A stretch of 64,000 nt of DNA from Gammaproteobacteria bacterium. GTDB taxonomy: Bacteria; Pseudomonadota; Gammaproteobacteria; GCA-001735895. Shown here in pieces: positions 20,635-31,161 of this stretch; positions within the stretch are counted from its first letter, which is position 1; every line of letters begins with the position of its first letter. Location of the stretch: contig JBNKUM010000008.1 in the NCBI GenBank assembly GCA_050298595.1, positions 96,001 through 160,000 of the forward strand. Reading direction: 5' to 3'. The position numbers and the translations under genes were made by a program. The notes below the pieces were generated by a model that saw only the letters and a program-made list of their open reading frames with translations, ran no database searches and had not been told where the DNA came from.

Positions 20635-20663
20635 ATTCTACCTATGTGGAGCTCCCGTAACAA
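20635..20663 (-). promoter_or_regulatory. Sigma-70 promoter of rpsO-pnp
   Basis: TTGTTA-17bp-TAGAAT followed by a C-rich discriminator. Confidence 0.65.
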
Positions 20664-20702
20664 GCACTATAAGTCCTTATTAGACGGGCGTTTAATTAAA
20701 TC

Positions 20703-21623
20703 TTAAGTGCGCAGCATACGTTTTGGGGCAACCCGACCATCCGCAAGGATAATCCCGGCACCAATGAAGCCTTTTGCTTCATCCAGTAATCGTACATATC
20801 CGGAAGTCGGCGACCTCGGAACCTGCACTGGCTGACCCTGTCGCAAATAGAAACTAAGGTCATTACTCAACTCGATGGCAGGCCAGTCAGAGATGGCTGC
20901 TTCCATCGGTAACAGGCAATCATCTAATTGCTGATTTGCATCATCTGCAATATCACGCAACTCATCAAGGGTGTAACTTTTCATATCCCAGAATGGCTGA
21001 ACCCCGGTGCGCTCAAGTGCTGCCAAATAGGCGCCACAGCCCAGTTGTTGTCCAATATCTTCTGCCAGCGTGCGGATATAAGTGCCCTTGGAACAATGCA
21101 CATCAAGTTCCAGTTGGTCACCTTCGAAGCTTACGATATCCAGGCTATAGATTTCAATTTCTCTGCTCTTACGTTCCACCTCTATACCCTGACGCGCCAG
21201 GGTATAAAGACGCTCACCCTGATGTTTCACCGCCGAATACATGGGTGGAGTCTGCTGAATCTTGCCGATGAACTGCTGGATAACCTGCTGCAGCTGAGAC
21301 TCTGTTACCTCAACCGGTAACAATGGACTGATTTCACCCTCACCATCCCCCGTTGAACTGGTCTGTCCTAACTGGCAAAGCGCGCGGTAGGATTTGGAGG
21401 CATCCAGCAGATAACCGGAAAATTTTGTCGCCTCTCCAAAACACACGGGTAGTAGTCCAGTTGCCAGCGGATCCAGACTTCCCGTATGACCGGCCTTATT
21501 GGCCTTAAACAGATTGCGTGCAACCTGTAATGCTTTGTTTGAGGATAATCCGGTGGGTTTATTCAGTAACAGGATACCGTCGACATCACGGTAGCCATGA
21601 GGTTTTCTTGCTCGACGACCCAT
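20703..21623 (-). CDS. truB: tRNA pseudouridine(55) synthase
   Basis: KAGHTGSLDPLATG, PPMYSAVK, SKGTYIRTL. Confidence 0.98.
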   Translation of the reverse strand: MGRRARKPHGYRDVDGILLLNKPTGLSSNKALQVARNLFKANKAGHTGSLDPLATGLLPVCFGEATKFSGYLLDASKSYRALCQLGQTSSTGDGEGEISPLLPVEVTESQLQQVIQQFIGKIQQTPPMYSAVKHQGERLYTLARQGIEVERKSREIEIYSLDIVSFEGDQLELDVHCSKGTYIRTLAEDIGQQLGCGAYLAALERTGVQPFWDMKSYTLDELRDIADDANQQLDDCLLPMEAAISDWPAIELSNDLSFYLRQGQPVQVPRSPTSGYVRLLDEAKGFIGAGIILADGRVAPKRMLRT

Positions 21624-21625
21624 AA

Positions 21626-21997
21626 TTATTCCTGTGTGGAATTTGCCTTATCTTTTGCAATAACAGAGTCGATAAGCTCATCCATGCTGCGTCCACGAAT
21701 ATCGGTATCGTCGAAGATAAATGTAAGTTTTGGTGTGATGCGCGCCTTGATTGTGCGCCCAATCTCGTGCTGTAAAAAACCCGCCGCATGAGTTAACGCC
21801 TGTTGCGTGGTTTCTGCATCCTGTGGATCAAGCACACTGAAATACACCCTGGCCAGAGACAGGTCTCGAGTCACCGTAACATCCAGAATACTGGGGTGCG
21901 CAATTCGAGGATCCTTAAGCGATTTGCTGATCAACGATGACAGCTCGCGATGAATCTGCGAAGCCAGTCGATCGCTACGTGAAAAATCTTTTGCCAT
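21626..21997 (-). CDS. rbfA: Ribosome-binding factor A
   Basis: KDPRI, V.VTRDLS.ARVY, P.L.F..D; located between infB and truB. Confidence 0.97.
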   Translation of the reverse strand: MAKDFSRSDRLASQIHRELSSLISKSLKDPRIAHPSILDVTVTRDLSLARVYFSVLDPQDAETTQQALTHAAGFLQHEIGRTIKARITPKLTFIFDDTDIRGRSMDELIDSVIAKDKANSTQE

Positions 21998-22010
21998 GAT
22001 TAGCTGTTGC

Positions 22011-24614
22011 TTACTCGATGGTCCGGGCTACCTGCACCCGGTCGAATACTTCGATCTGATCACCAGGCTTCACGTCGTTATAATTCTTAACCGCGATACC
22101 ACACTCGGTGCCGTTACGTACTTCTTCCACATCATCCTTAAAGCGTCGTAAGGATTCAAGTTCACCTTCGTAGATAACAACGTTATCACGTAGTACACGA
22201 ATTGGCTTACCACGCTTGACCGTACCTTCGATAACCATGGATCCTGCAACCGCGCCAAACTTGGGTGATTTGAATACATCCTTAACCTCAGCCAGACCGA
22301 TAATGCTTTCCTGGGTTTCAGGAGATAACAGACCACTCATGGCCGCCTTAACATCATCGATGACTTCGTAGATGACACTGTAATAACGAATATCGATACC
22401 ATAGTCACCCGCAATACGTTTGGCTGAAGCATCAGCACGAACGTTAAAACCAATAACCAGTGCACCAGAAGCCGCAGCCAGGTTGATATCCGATTCATTA
22501 ATACCACCGACACCGGTTCCAACCAGAACTACTTTAACCTCACTGGTAGATAATTTGGTCAAAGCATCATTGAGGGCCTCTGAAGAACCCTGCACATCAC
22601 ACTTAACCAGCAGGTTGAGATCAGCAACATCACCTTCAGTCATGGCATCAAACATGCCCTGAATCTTGGCCTTTTGCTGTTCAGCCAGGCGTGATTCACG
22701 GATACGAGTTTCACGTGTCTGCGCAATCTCACGTGCGCGGCGCTCATTCTCGACTACGAATACTTCATCACCTGCTTTAGGGGTACCTGATAATCCAAGA
22801 ACCACAACGGGTATGGATGGACCGGCACTCTTAATCATTTTGGCGCCTTCATCGTACATCGCGCGAACTCGACCAAATTCGGTGCCTGCCAGCAGGATCT
22901 GACCTTTTTCAAGCATACCTGACTGAACCAGAACCGTAGCCACAGGACCGCGTCCTTTATCTAGTGAAGCTTCAATCACTATACCCTTAGCAAGACCTGT
23001 ATCTGATGCCTGTAGCTCGAGAACCTCTGACTGTAGCAGTATAGCTTCCAGCAGATCGTCAATACCTTCACCGGTATGCGCAGAGACATTGACGAACATA
23101 TGCTCGCCACCCCATTCTTCCGGGATAACCTCAACGGCTGATAATTCGTTACGTACACGATCGGGATCAGCATTTTCCTTATCAATTTTATTGACTGCAA
23201 CAATCAGTGGTACACCTGCTGCCTTAGCATGCTGAATAGCTTCCTTGGTTTGCGGCATAACACCATCATCAGCGGCCACCACCAGTATGACCACGTCCGT
23301 AGCCTGAGCACCACGTGCTCGCATAGCAGAGAACGCGGCGTGTCCAGGTGTATCCAGAAAGGTAATCACACCTTGAGGTGTTTCTACATGATAGGCACCA
23401 ATATGCTGGGTAATACCACCCGCCTCACCTGAGGCGACACGAGTTTTTCGAATGTGATCGAGTAAGGAGGTTTTACCATGGTCAACATGACCCATGATAG
23501 TAACCACGGGTGGACGTGAAACCAGGTGTTCATCGCTAGCTTCGGTGCTTTTCTGCAGCAGTTCTTCTTCAAAGTTGTCACCTTTCGCTGTAACCGCATT
23601 GTGACCCATCTCTTCAACCAGCAAGATTGCCGTATCCTGATCAAGCATCTGGTTAATGGTTGCCATTGTGCCCATTTGCATCAATGCCTTGATGACATCA
23701 CCCGCTTTGATGGCCATTTTCTGTGCCAACTCAGCTACCGAGATAGCATCAGGGATTTCAACAGTACGCACCACCGGTGCTGTTGGCTTTTCAAACCCAT
23801 GCACGTTCTCAGGTATAGATGAAGACGGCCTTAGATTCTTTTTACCCTTACCTTTACGCGAACCTTGATCGGCACCACTCTTTACATGTAATTCTTTTCG
23901 ACCGTAACGTGTTTTATTATCAGCTGCCGATTTACGTTTGGTTTTGGTAGTTCGGGATTTGTCATCAGTCGTTTCTGTTTTGATTACTGGTTCAGCTTCA
24001 GCTGCAGCAGCGGCGGCAGCGGCGGCAGTTGCCTCAGCTTCAGACGCTACAACCTGTTTTGCAATGGCCATCATTTCACGTTCCAGCCGCTCACGCTCTA
24101 TGGCTTCTCGTGCTTCCAGTTCTTCTTTAATGCGTTGCTCTTCTTCTGCCTTTATACGGGCTTCTTCTGCTTCGCGTGCAAGCCTTTCCTGCTCAGCCAG
24201 TCGAGCTGCTTCATCTGCCTGTTGTTTGGCAATCAGGGCTTCCTGCTGCTGTTTCCTGGTTTCTTCATCAATTTCTTGTGGAACCTCTTCAGGTTCGACT
24301 TCAGCACGACGGATATAGGTGCGCTTTTTGCGCACTTCAACATTGATAGAGCGCGATGTAGTATTTCTACCAGTAGTACCAGTTACACGAATTTCAGACT
24401 TGCTTTTTCGTTGCAAGGTAATTTTCTTGGGACCTTCGACTTTATCCTTACCATGATGTGAGCGTAAAGATTCAAGCAAGGTCATTTTATCTTCATCAGA
24501 AATAGGATCATCGGCTCCAGACACCTTTACGCCTGCTTCACGTAATTGCTCCAATAAGCGGTCAACAGAAACCCCTACGACTTCTGAAAGTTGTTTTGCT
24601 GTGACTTTTGACAT
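22011..24614 (-). CDS. infB: Translation initiation factor IF-2
   Basis: [31 protein letters not shown]. Confidence 0.98.
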   Translation of the reverse strand: MSKVTAKQLSEVVGVSVDRLLEQLREAGVKVSGADDPISDEDKMTLLESLRSHHGKDKVEGPKKITLQRKSKSEIRVTGTTGRNTTSRSINVEVRKKRTYIRRAEVEPEEVPQEIDEETRKQQQEALIAKQQADEAARLAEQERLAREAEEARIKAEEEQRIKEELEAREAIERERLEREMMAIAKQVVASEAEATAAAAAAAAAEAEPVIKTETTDDKSRTTKTKRKSAADNKTRYGRKELHVKSGADQGSRKGKGKKNLRPSSSIPENVHGFEKPTAPVVRTVEIPDAISVAELAQKMAIKAGDVIKALMQMGTMATINQMLDQDTAILLVEEMGHNAVTAKGDNFEEELLQKSTEASDEHLVSRPPVVTIMGHVDHGKTSLLDHIRKTRVASGEAGGITQHIGAYHVETPQGVITFLDTPGHAAFSAMRARGAQATDVVILVVAADDGVMPQTKEAIQHAKAAGVPLIVAVNKIDKENADPDRVRNELSAVEVIPEEWGGEHMFVNVSAHTGEGIDDLLEAILLQSEVLELQASDTGLAKGIVIEASLDKGRGPVATVLVQSGMLEKGQILLAGTEFGRVRAMYDEGAKMIKSAGPSIPVVVLGLSGTPKAGDEVFVVENERRAREIAQTRETRIRESRLAEQQKAKIQGMFDAMTEGDVADLNLLVKCDVQGSSEALNDALTKLSTSEVKVVLVGTGVGGINESDINLAAASGALVIGFNVRADASAKRIAGDYGIDIRYYSVIYEVIDDVKAAMSGLLSPETQESIIGLAEVKDVFKSPKFGAVAGSMVIEGTVKRGKPIRVLRDNVVIYEGELESLRRFKDDVEEVRNGTECGIAVKNYNDVKPGDQIEVFDRVQVARTIE

Positions 24615-24676
24615 CTATATATGATCCTGATTCTTGTGTTTACTTACTTTTCTTGCCTACTTGGTCGAGCCTGACG

Positions 24677-26179
24677 CTACTCAGCTTCCTCAGCAAACCA
24701 GGGTTCACGCGCTTTCATAATGAGTTGCGCGGCAAAATCCTTATCGATCCCTTCCAGTTCTTCAAGATCGTCTACTGCCTGCTCTGCCAAATCTTCCATC
24801 GTACAAATTCCATTTTTTGCCAGCACTGAAGCCAGTTCAGGCGTCATAAATTCCATACTCAGCAAATCTTCCTGTGCTTCACCCGGTTCATCGCCTTCCT
24901 CACTGGCTATCGCCTGCGTTAACAGCGCATCGCGTGCACGTCGGCGTAACTCTTCGACAATCTCTTCATCAAACTCTTCAATTTCCAGTAATTCAGATAC
25001 CGGAACATAGGCAACCTCATCCACCGAAGACAGCCCTTCCTGTACCAGAATAACCGCAACCTCTTCATCTACATCCAGCTGATCCATAAAGACCTGTGCC
25101 AGCTTGCGTGTTTCGGTTTCTGATTTTTCAGCGGCCTCTGCCTCATCCATAATATTCAACGTCCAGCCTGTCAGCTGGCTAGCCAGTTTAATATTCTGAC
25201 CACCACGCCCAATTGCCTGTGATAATTTATCGGTTGGGACTGCGATATCCATCACACCAGATTCTTCATCGATTACGATTGAGGTTACTTCAGCTGGTGA
25301 CATGGCATTGACTACAAATTGAGCAGGATTCTCATCCCATAGAATGATATCAACTCTTTCGCCAGCTAACTCATTGGATACTGATTGTACACGAGATCCA
25401 CGCATACCTACGCAGGCACCAACAGGATCCATACGATTATCATTACTTTTCACAGCAATCTTGGCTCGTAAGCCTGGATCACGTGCAGCTGCACGGATTT
25501 CAATGAGATCCTGACCCACTTCAGGGACTTCAAGTTTAAATAACTCAACAAGAAATTCTGGTGCAGTTCGACTGATGAAAAGCTGAGGGCCTCTGAGTTC
25601 GGCAGCTACTTTATAAAGTAACCCACGGATACGATCACCAGATCTAACCGACTCACGAGGTATTAACTCTTCACGTGGAATAAAGCCTTCAGCATTTTCA
25701 CCCAGATCGACATAGACATTGCCGCGTTCTACACGCTTTACCTGCCCCATCACTAAAGTGCCGATACGATCCATATAGGCATCGACCACCTTCTGGCGTT
25801 CTGCTTCACGCACCTTCTGTACAATAACCTGTTTAGCTGTCTGAGCTGCAATACGACCAAATTCTACCGACTCAATCTGCTCTTCGATCATATCACCAAC
25901 CTGAATATTGGGATCATCGATCTGTGCTGCTTCCAGAGTAATCTGCTTAAGCGGCTCTTCCATGCCATTCTCACCAGATTCAACCACTTCCCAGTATCGA
26001 TAGGTATCGTAATGCCCGGTTTTGCGATTGATATCAACACGCACACCAATTTCTTTCTGATGTTTTTTACGTGTAGCGGATGCCAGTGCTGCTTCGATTG
26101 CCTGAAAAATGATTTCGCGATCGACGCCTTTTTCGTTCGATACGGTATCAGCAACTAACAGGATTTCTTTATTTTCCAT
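24677..26179 (-). CDS. nusA: Transcription termination/antitermination factor NusA
   Basis: FGRIAAQTAKQ, DPVGACVGMRGSRV, AIGRGGQN, acidic C-terminal repeats. Confidence 0.98.
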   Translation of the reverse strand: MENKEILLVADTVSNEKGVDREIIFQAIEAALASATRKKHQKEIGVRVDINRKTGHYDTYRYWEVVESGENGMEEPLKQITLEAAQIDDPNIQVGDMIEEQIESVEFGRIAAQTAKQVIVQKVREAERQKVVDAYMDRIGTLVMGQVKRVERGNVYVDLGENAEGFIPREELIPRESVRSGDRIRGLLYKVAAELRGPQLFISRTAPEFLVELFKLEVPEVGQDLIEIRAAARDPGLRAKIAVKSNDNRMDPVGACVGMRGSRVQSVSNELAGERVDIILWDENPAQFVVNAMSPAEVTSIVIDEESGVMDIAVPTDKLSQAIGRGGQNIKLASQLTGWTLNIMDEAEAAEKSETETRKLAQVFMDQLDVDEEVAVILVQEGLSSVDEVAYVPVSELLEIEEFDEEIVEELRRRARDALLTQAIASEEGDEPGEAQEDLLSMEFMTPELASVLAKNGICTMEDLAEQAVDDLEELEGIDKDFAAQLIMKAREPWFAEEAE

Positions 26180-26195
26180 CGTAAGTCTCTAAGGG

Positions 26196-26639
26196 TTAAA
26201 CCTGTCCAATCAGATTGGCTTTGGCGATATCATGAAATGGTAATTCGAAGGTTTCATTATCAACTTCGATAAAAACTTGATCTTTTTCAATACCTTGCAA
26301 AGTACCACTAAAATTTTTACGTCCATCCAGTGCGACACCAAGTTTGATTTTTGCCTGCAAACCGGAAAATCTCTGATAATCGTCTTGTTTAAATAAGGGT
26401 CGGTTAATACCTGGTGAGGACACCTCCAGGTCGTAGCCCTGGCTTATCGGATCTTCAACATCTAGCAAAGCAGAGATCTGTCGACTTACCGCTGCGCAGT
26501 CATCAACCACTATGCCATTTTCGTGATCGATATAAATGCGTAAAAGCCCATGATGTTCACTACCATGAAACTCAACACCGACCAGCTCGAAGCCCATCGA
26601 TTCAACAACTGGTAAAAATAAGTCTGTTAAATCCTGCAA
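26196..26639 (-). CDS. rimP: Ribosome maturation factor RimP
   Basis: LRIYID, DDC..VS, LEVSSPG..RPL; TTG start. Confidence 0.96.
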   Translation of the reverse strand: MQDLTDLFLPVVESMGFELVGVEFHGSEHHGLLRIYIDHENGIVVDDCAAVSRQISALLDVEDPISQGYDLEVSSPGINRPLFKQDDYQRFSGLQAKIKLGVALDGRKNFSGTLQGIEKDQVFIEVDNETFELPFHDIAKANLIGQV

Positions 26640-26674
26640 ATGAATCCCCGGTCATACCGACTAAAATTTAAAGC

Positions 26675-26702
26675 AATAAAAAAGGCCCATAAAGGGCCTT
26701 CC
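26675..26702 (-). terminator. Terminator/attenuator between tRNA-fMet and rimP (rimP leader)
   Basis: Minus strand AAGGCCC-TTTAT-GGGCCTT followed by TTTTATT. Confidence 0.75.
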
Positions 26703-26762
26703 GTAAAAACAAGCATCTGTTTTTTTGCGCTAAAACTACAAAAATTCAGGCCATAAAATGTT

Positions 26763-26839
<77 letters not shown>

Positions 26840-26852
26840 TCAGAGGAGCGAG

Positions 26853-26881
26853 ATTTTAGCGATGTTGTCCGCATAATACAA
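26853..26881 (-). promoter_or_regulatory. Sigma-70 promoter of the metY-rimP-nusA-infB operon
   Basis: TTGTAT-17bp-TAAAAT plus GC-rich discriminator just upstream of the tRNA. Confidence 0.7.
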
Positions 26882-26969
26882 GCGCTTTTCAAGACTATCT
26901 TACTTATCATCAGGATACTTACTAATTAAAGCCACTATCCTGTACTAGAAAGGCTGGTCGATATTGTTT

Positions 26970-28025
26970 TTACTGGCTAATGTTATAGAGAGTCTGGGTC
27001 GGAAAGGCAAACTCCAGTCCCTTTTCATTAAACAACCGCAGAATCTGAAGATTAATTTCAGATTGCGTACCTGCGATGCTTTCACTCTTTTTAATATAAT
27101 AAATAAAAGTGATATTCATCGAAAAATCACCAAACCCACTAAAGAAAACCGTAGCGTCTTCCTCAGTTGAGGCATTACTCTGATTAATCTGTGTCAGCGT
27201 ATCCATGGCATTTTGCATTTGATCTGGTTGGGTATCATAGGTCAGCCCCAGAGAGACTACGACTTTACGCGACGGCTCCCAGCTGATGTTTTCTACCGGT
27301 GCATCAGCAAATTTTGCATTCGGCATTGTGACGATGCGCCCTTCCAGTGTTTTTAGACGCGTGCTGCGAACACCAATTTCAATGACGGTTCCATCGTAAC
27401 CCGCCACCTTGATTCGATCTCCTATCTTAAAGGGTTGGTCGGTGAATATGGTCACGCCGCCAAACACATTGGATACCGTATCTTTTGCTGCCATGGCTAG
27501 TGCCAAACCACCAATACCCAACCCTGCGATAAGAGCCGCAACATCATAGCCTGCATTATTCAGACCGATGATGATGGCCATTGCCCAGATAATCATCTTG
27601 ACGCCTTTACTGATAATGGGCATCAGCTGATCGTCAAGGTCATTTTCGGACTTGTCTGCTAAAGGCTTCAGGTATTGTTTATAAAAGGCATCAAACAGAC
27701 GGCTTAACAACCAGCCTACCAGTAATGCGAAAATGACCTGGTAAGCATTCGCAATCACTTTATTTATAACATCCGGTAAGGTCAGCATACGTAAGGCCAT
27801 CCAGATACCCATTACGACAACCATAAAAACCACTGGCTCTTCAACCAGGTCGATGATTACATCGTCCACCTGAGATTTACTGCGAGCAGTAAACACACGT
27901 ACAAACCTTGAAAAAACCCAGTACAGCACCTTACCAAACATTATCGACATCACCACGATCACCATTGTGATGAGCCAGGTCTGAAGGGTGTTACCGTAAT
28001 AGCTTTGTGTGAGTAGATCCTGCAT
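26970..28025 (-). CDS. mscS: Small-conductance mechanosensitive channel (MscS family)
   Basis: AGLGIGGLALAMAAKD, PFKIGD, G.V.EIG.RST, EFAFP; AGGAG RBS before ATG 28025. Confidence 0.9.
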   Translation of the reverse strand: MQDLLTQSYYGNTLQTWLITMVIVVMSIMFGKVLYWVFSRFVRVFTARSKSQVDDVIIDLVEEPVVFMVVVMGIWMALRMLTLPDVINKVIANAYQVIFALLVGWLLSRLFDAFYKQYLKPLADKSENDLDDQLMPIISKGVKMIIWAMAIIIGLNNAGYDVAALIAGLGIGGLALAMAAKDTVSNVFGGVTIFTDQPFKIGDRIKVAGYDGTVIEIGVRSTRLKTLEGRIVTMPNAKFADAPVENISWEPSRKVVVSLGLTYDTQPDQMQNAMDTLTQINQSNASTEEDATVFFSGFGDFSMNITFIYYIKKSESIAGTQSEINLQILRLFNEKGLEFAFPTQTLYNISQ

Positions 28026-28123
28026 AAAAACTCCTACTGCCAAGTAGCCTGTAAAAAATGCCGAAGCATATCAAAAATTAAAAGCCAGGTTGATATACTG
28101 TTCATGTTTTTAATGGGATAAAC

Positions 28124-28155
28124 AAAAAAACCTGAACAGCTGCTCAGGTTTTTTT
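28124..28155. terminator. Intrinsic terminator after nuoN
   Basis: A7-CCTGAACAGCTGCTCAGG-T7. Confidence 0.8.
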
Positions 28156-28182
28156 AAAAAATGTTCGAACTTAGATATTTAG

Positions 28183-29631
28183 TCAGGCAAAGGCAGCGGT
28201 ACACCATGCCATTAATAATGAAGGAAACAGACCAAGAACAATCAGGCTCAAGCTGTTGGCACTCAACAGGATCTTCACATCAAGAGATTGTTTGATAGTA
28301 ATTTGCTGATCTTCATCTGGCTTATCAAAATACATTACCTTGATAACTCGTAGGTAATAAAACAGCCCTATCACCGAGAACAGTACAGCTGCAATTGCCA
28401 GCCAGAGCAGATCTATTTGCACCACGGCATTAATCACGGTCAGCTTGGCATAGAAACCTACGGTTGGAGGTACACCGGCCATGGAAAACAATGCGATTGC
28501 CAACAATGCTGCATACCAGGGATTTTGATCATTCAAGCCTTTAAGGTCAGCGATTTCACCTGCTTCAAATCCTGCACGGTTGAGCAGCATGATGATTGCA
28601 AAAGCAACGGATGAAGTAATAGCATAGGTAAGGGTATAAAACATGGCTGCGGATAAGCCTGTCTCACTGGCAGACAACAGACCTAGCAGAATGAAACCAA
28701 CATGTGAAATGGTGGAATATGCCAGCATACGTTTAAAATTGGTTTGTGCGATAGCGATAATATTACCAACTGCCATGGATGCTACTGATAACACTATCAG
28801 CATCTGCGACCAGTCAACCTGTAGATCGGATAAACCATCGATAAGTAAGCGAATGGCCATTGCAAAACCTGCTATCTTGGGCGCAGTTCCAATGAAAAGA
28901 GTAACCGAGGTTGGTGAACCCTGATACACATCGGGCAACCACATATGAAATGGCACCGCACCCAATTTGAATGACAGCCCAACGACTATGAAAGTCAGGG
29001 CAAATGCCAGTAATACAGGATTACTTGCTGCCTGCGCTTTGATTGATGCTGCCAGCGTGGTGATATCCAGAGTACCAGTGATGCCATAAAAGATTGAAAT
29101 CCCGTATAGCAAAATACCGGAGGCCAGTGCACCCAGCACAAAGTATTTCATTGCAGCTTCGGAGGCAGCCATCGATTTACGATTGAAAGCGATCATCGCA
29201 TACAGAGACAGAGATAGAAGCTCCAGTCCCAGATAGATCAGCAGAAAACTATGAGCTGAGATCATAATCATCATACCCAGCACTGCAAACAGGCCCAATA
29301 CATAGTATTCGCCTTTATAGATCCCCAGATCCTTCAGGTAATCACGCGAGTAGACAAACACCAGAAAGGTCACTGCATATACAGAAAGCTTCAAAGTAAC
29401 CGCAAGCTGATCCAGAATAAAAGTACCCTGGAAGGTGGAAACCGCAGTAGCGGGTGCGACATACAGAGTACTAAAAGCTACCAATACCAGAGTCAATAAA
29501 GATAGCAATAAGGTAAAACCTCGTTTTTCCTGAGGCAGAAACAGATCAACAACCAGAACCACACAGGCCATGGCTAGCATCACCATCTCTGGGAGTGCTG
29601 GTAACAGATCAGGCTGGATAAAAGGCATCAT
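28183..29631 (-). CDS. nuoN: NADH-quinone oxidoreductase subunit N
   Basis: EAAMKYF, FKLGAVPFHMW.PDVYQG, KRMLAYS. Confidence 0.97.
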   Translation of the reverse strand: MMPFIQPDLLPALPEMVMLAMACVVLVVDLFLPQEKRGFTLLLSLLTLVLVAFSTLYVAPATAVSTFQGTFILDQLAVTLKLSVYAVTFLVFVYSRDYLKDLGIYKGEYYVLGLFAVLGMMIMISAHSFLLIYLGLELLSLSLYAMIAFNRKSMAASEAAMKYFVLGALASGILLYGISIFYGITGTLDITTLAASIKAQAASNPVLLAFALTFIVVGLSFKLGAVPFHMWLPDVYQGSPTSVTLFIGTAPKIAGFAMAIRLLIDGLSDLQVDWSQMLIVLSVASMAVGNIIAIAQTNFKRMLAYSTISHVGFILLGLLSASETGLSAAMFYTLTYAITSSVAFAIIMLLNRAGFEAGEIADLKGLNDQNPWYAALLAIALFSMAGVPPTVGFYAKLTVINAVVQIDLLWLAIAAVLFSVIGLFYYLRVIKVMYFDKPDEDQQITIKQSLDVKILLSANSLSLIVLGLFPSLLMAWCTAAFA

Positions 29632-29643
29632 ATCTAACTTTAC

Positions 29644-31161
29644 CTAAATTTTTGAAACACTGATGTGTTGCAACAGATTATCGATTGTGGGATGCATTAC
29701 ATTCACTAATGGGTCTGGCCACAGGCCCAGAGTTAGCACGGCGATTGCGAGTAGTGCAAGAAACAGAAATTCGCGTTTATTGATATCTGTAAGCGCACGC
29801 ACCTGGTCATTTGCAATATCGCCAAAAATGACGCGTTTTACCATCCACAGGGTATAAGCAGCACCCAGTATCAGGGTAGTTGCTGCTAGAAATGCTATCC
29901 AGAAATTTGCCTTGAAGCTCGCCAGTATCACCATAAATTCACCAACGAAGCCTGACGTACCTGGTAAGCCTGCATTAGACATGGCAAAGAACACCATGAA
30001 CGCAGCAAAAACTGGCATGGTATTCACCACACCGCCGTAATCGGCGATCTGACGCGAATGCATACGATCATACATAACACCGACGCAAAGGAACATCGCA
30101 CCAGAAATAAAACCATGCGACACCATCTGAACCATGCCGCCCTCAAGCGCCAGTCCGGCACCTGCTCCATCACCCAGCGCACTGATACGAAACACAATAA
30201 AGAAACCAAGGGTCACAAAACCCATATGCGCGATTGAGGAATAAGCGATCAGCTTTTTCATATCCTGCTGTACCAGAGCAACAAAGCCAATATAAACCAC
30301 GGCAGTTAGAGACATGGTGATTATCAGCCAGTCGAGCTGACTGCTGGCATCAGGCGTAATCGGTAAACTGAAACGCAGGAACCCATAGCCACCTATCTTC
30401 AGCATGATCGCAGCCAGGATAACCGAACCACCAGTAGGCGCTTCTACGTGCGCATCGGGTAACCACGTATGCACTGGCCACATAGGAACCTTAACCGCAA
30501 ACGCTACCAGAAATGCCAGGAAGATCAGAACCTGTTCGGTCATACCCAGCTTCAGGTCATGTAGATCCAGAATCGCGAAACTACCCGACTGGGTATACAT
30601 ATAAATCAACGCCACCAGCATCAGAACCGAGCCAATAAAGGTATATAGAAAGAACTTCAGTGTCGCATAGATTCGGTTAACGCCACCCCAGATACCGATA
30701 ACCAGAAACATGGGGATTAGCATGGCTTCGAAGAAGATATAAAACAGAATCGAATCCAGTGCTGAGAAGGTGCCGATCATGAAACCTTCCATAATCAGGA
30801 AGGCAGCCATGTATTGAGACACTCGATATTGAATCACTTCCCAGGCTGATATCACAACTATAACCGTGGTAAAGCTGGTCAATAAGATTAAAGGCATTGA
30901 AATACCATCGACACCCAGATGGTAATTAATACTGAATTCCTTAATCCAGGGGTGCAATTCAACAAACTGCATATTGGCAGTTGTCGCATCAAATAAACCA
31001 TATAGAGGAATACTAAACAGGAAAGTAGCAATTGAAACTACCAGTGCAATCTTGCGTGCACCTGCAGGTTCCTTATCTCCAGAAAACAATACCAGAATGC
31101 CACCAACAATAGGCAACCAGATGACCAGACTTAAAAGAGGTAAATCAGCAAACATATTCAT
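29644..31161 (-). CDS. nuoM: NADH-quinone oxidoreductase subunit M
   Basis: VKVPMWPVHTWLPDAHVEAP, KKLIAYSS; ATGA overlap with the nuoL stop. Confidence 0.97.
   Translation of the reverse strand: MNMFADLPLLSLVIWLPIVGGILVLFSGDKEPAGARKIALVVSIATFLFSIPLYGLFDATTANMQFVELHPWIKEFSINYHLGVDGISMPLILLTSFTTVIVVISAWEVIQYRVSQYMAAFLIMEGFMIGTFSALDSILFYIFFEAMLIPMFLVIGIWGGVNRIYATLKFFLYTFIGSVLMLVALIYMYTQSGSFAILDLHDLKLGMTEQVLIFLAFLVAFAVKVPMWPVHTWLPDAHVEAPTGGSVILAAIMLKIGGYGFLRFSLPITPDASSQLDWLIITMSLTAVVYIGFVALVQQDMKKLIAYSSIAHMGFVTLGFFIVFRISALGDGAGAGLALEGGMVQMVSHGFISGAMFLCVGVMYDRMHSRQIADYGGVVNTMPVFAAFMVFFAMSNAGLPGTSGFVGEFMVILASFKANFWIAFLAATTLILGAAYTLWMVKRVIFGDIANDQVRALTDINKREFLFLALLAIAVLTLGLWPDPLVNVMHPTIDNLLQHISVSKI

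Noticed and set aside
23990-24260. Ala/Glu/Arg-rich low-complexity stretch
   Set aside because: Normal variable N-terminal linker of IF-2
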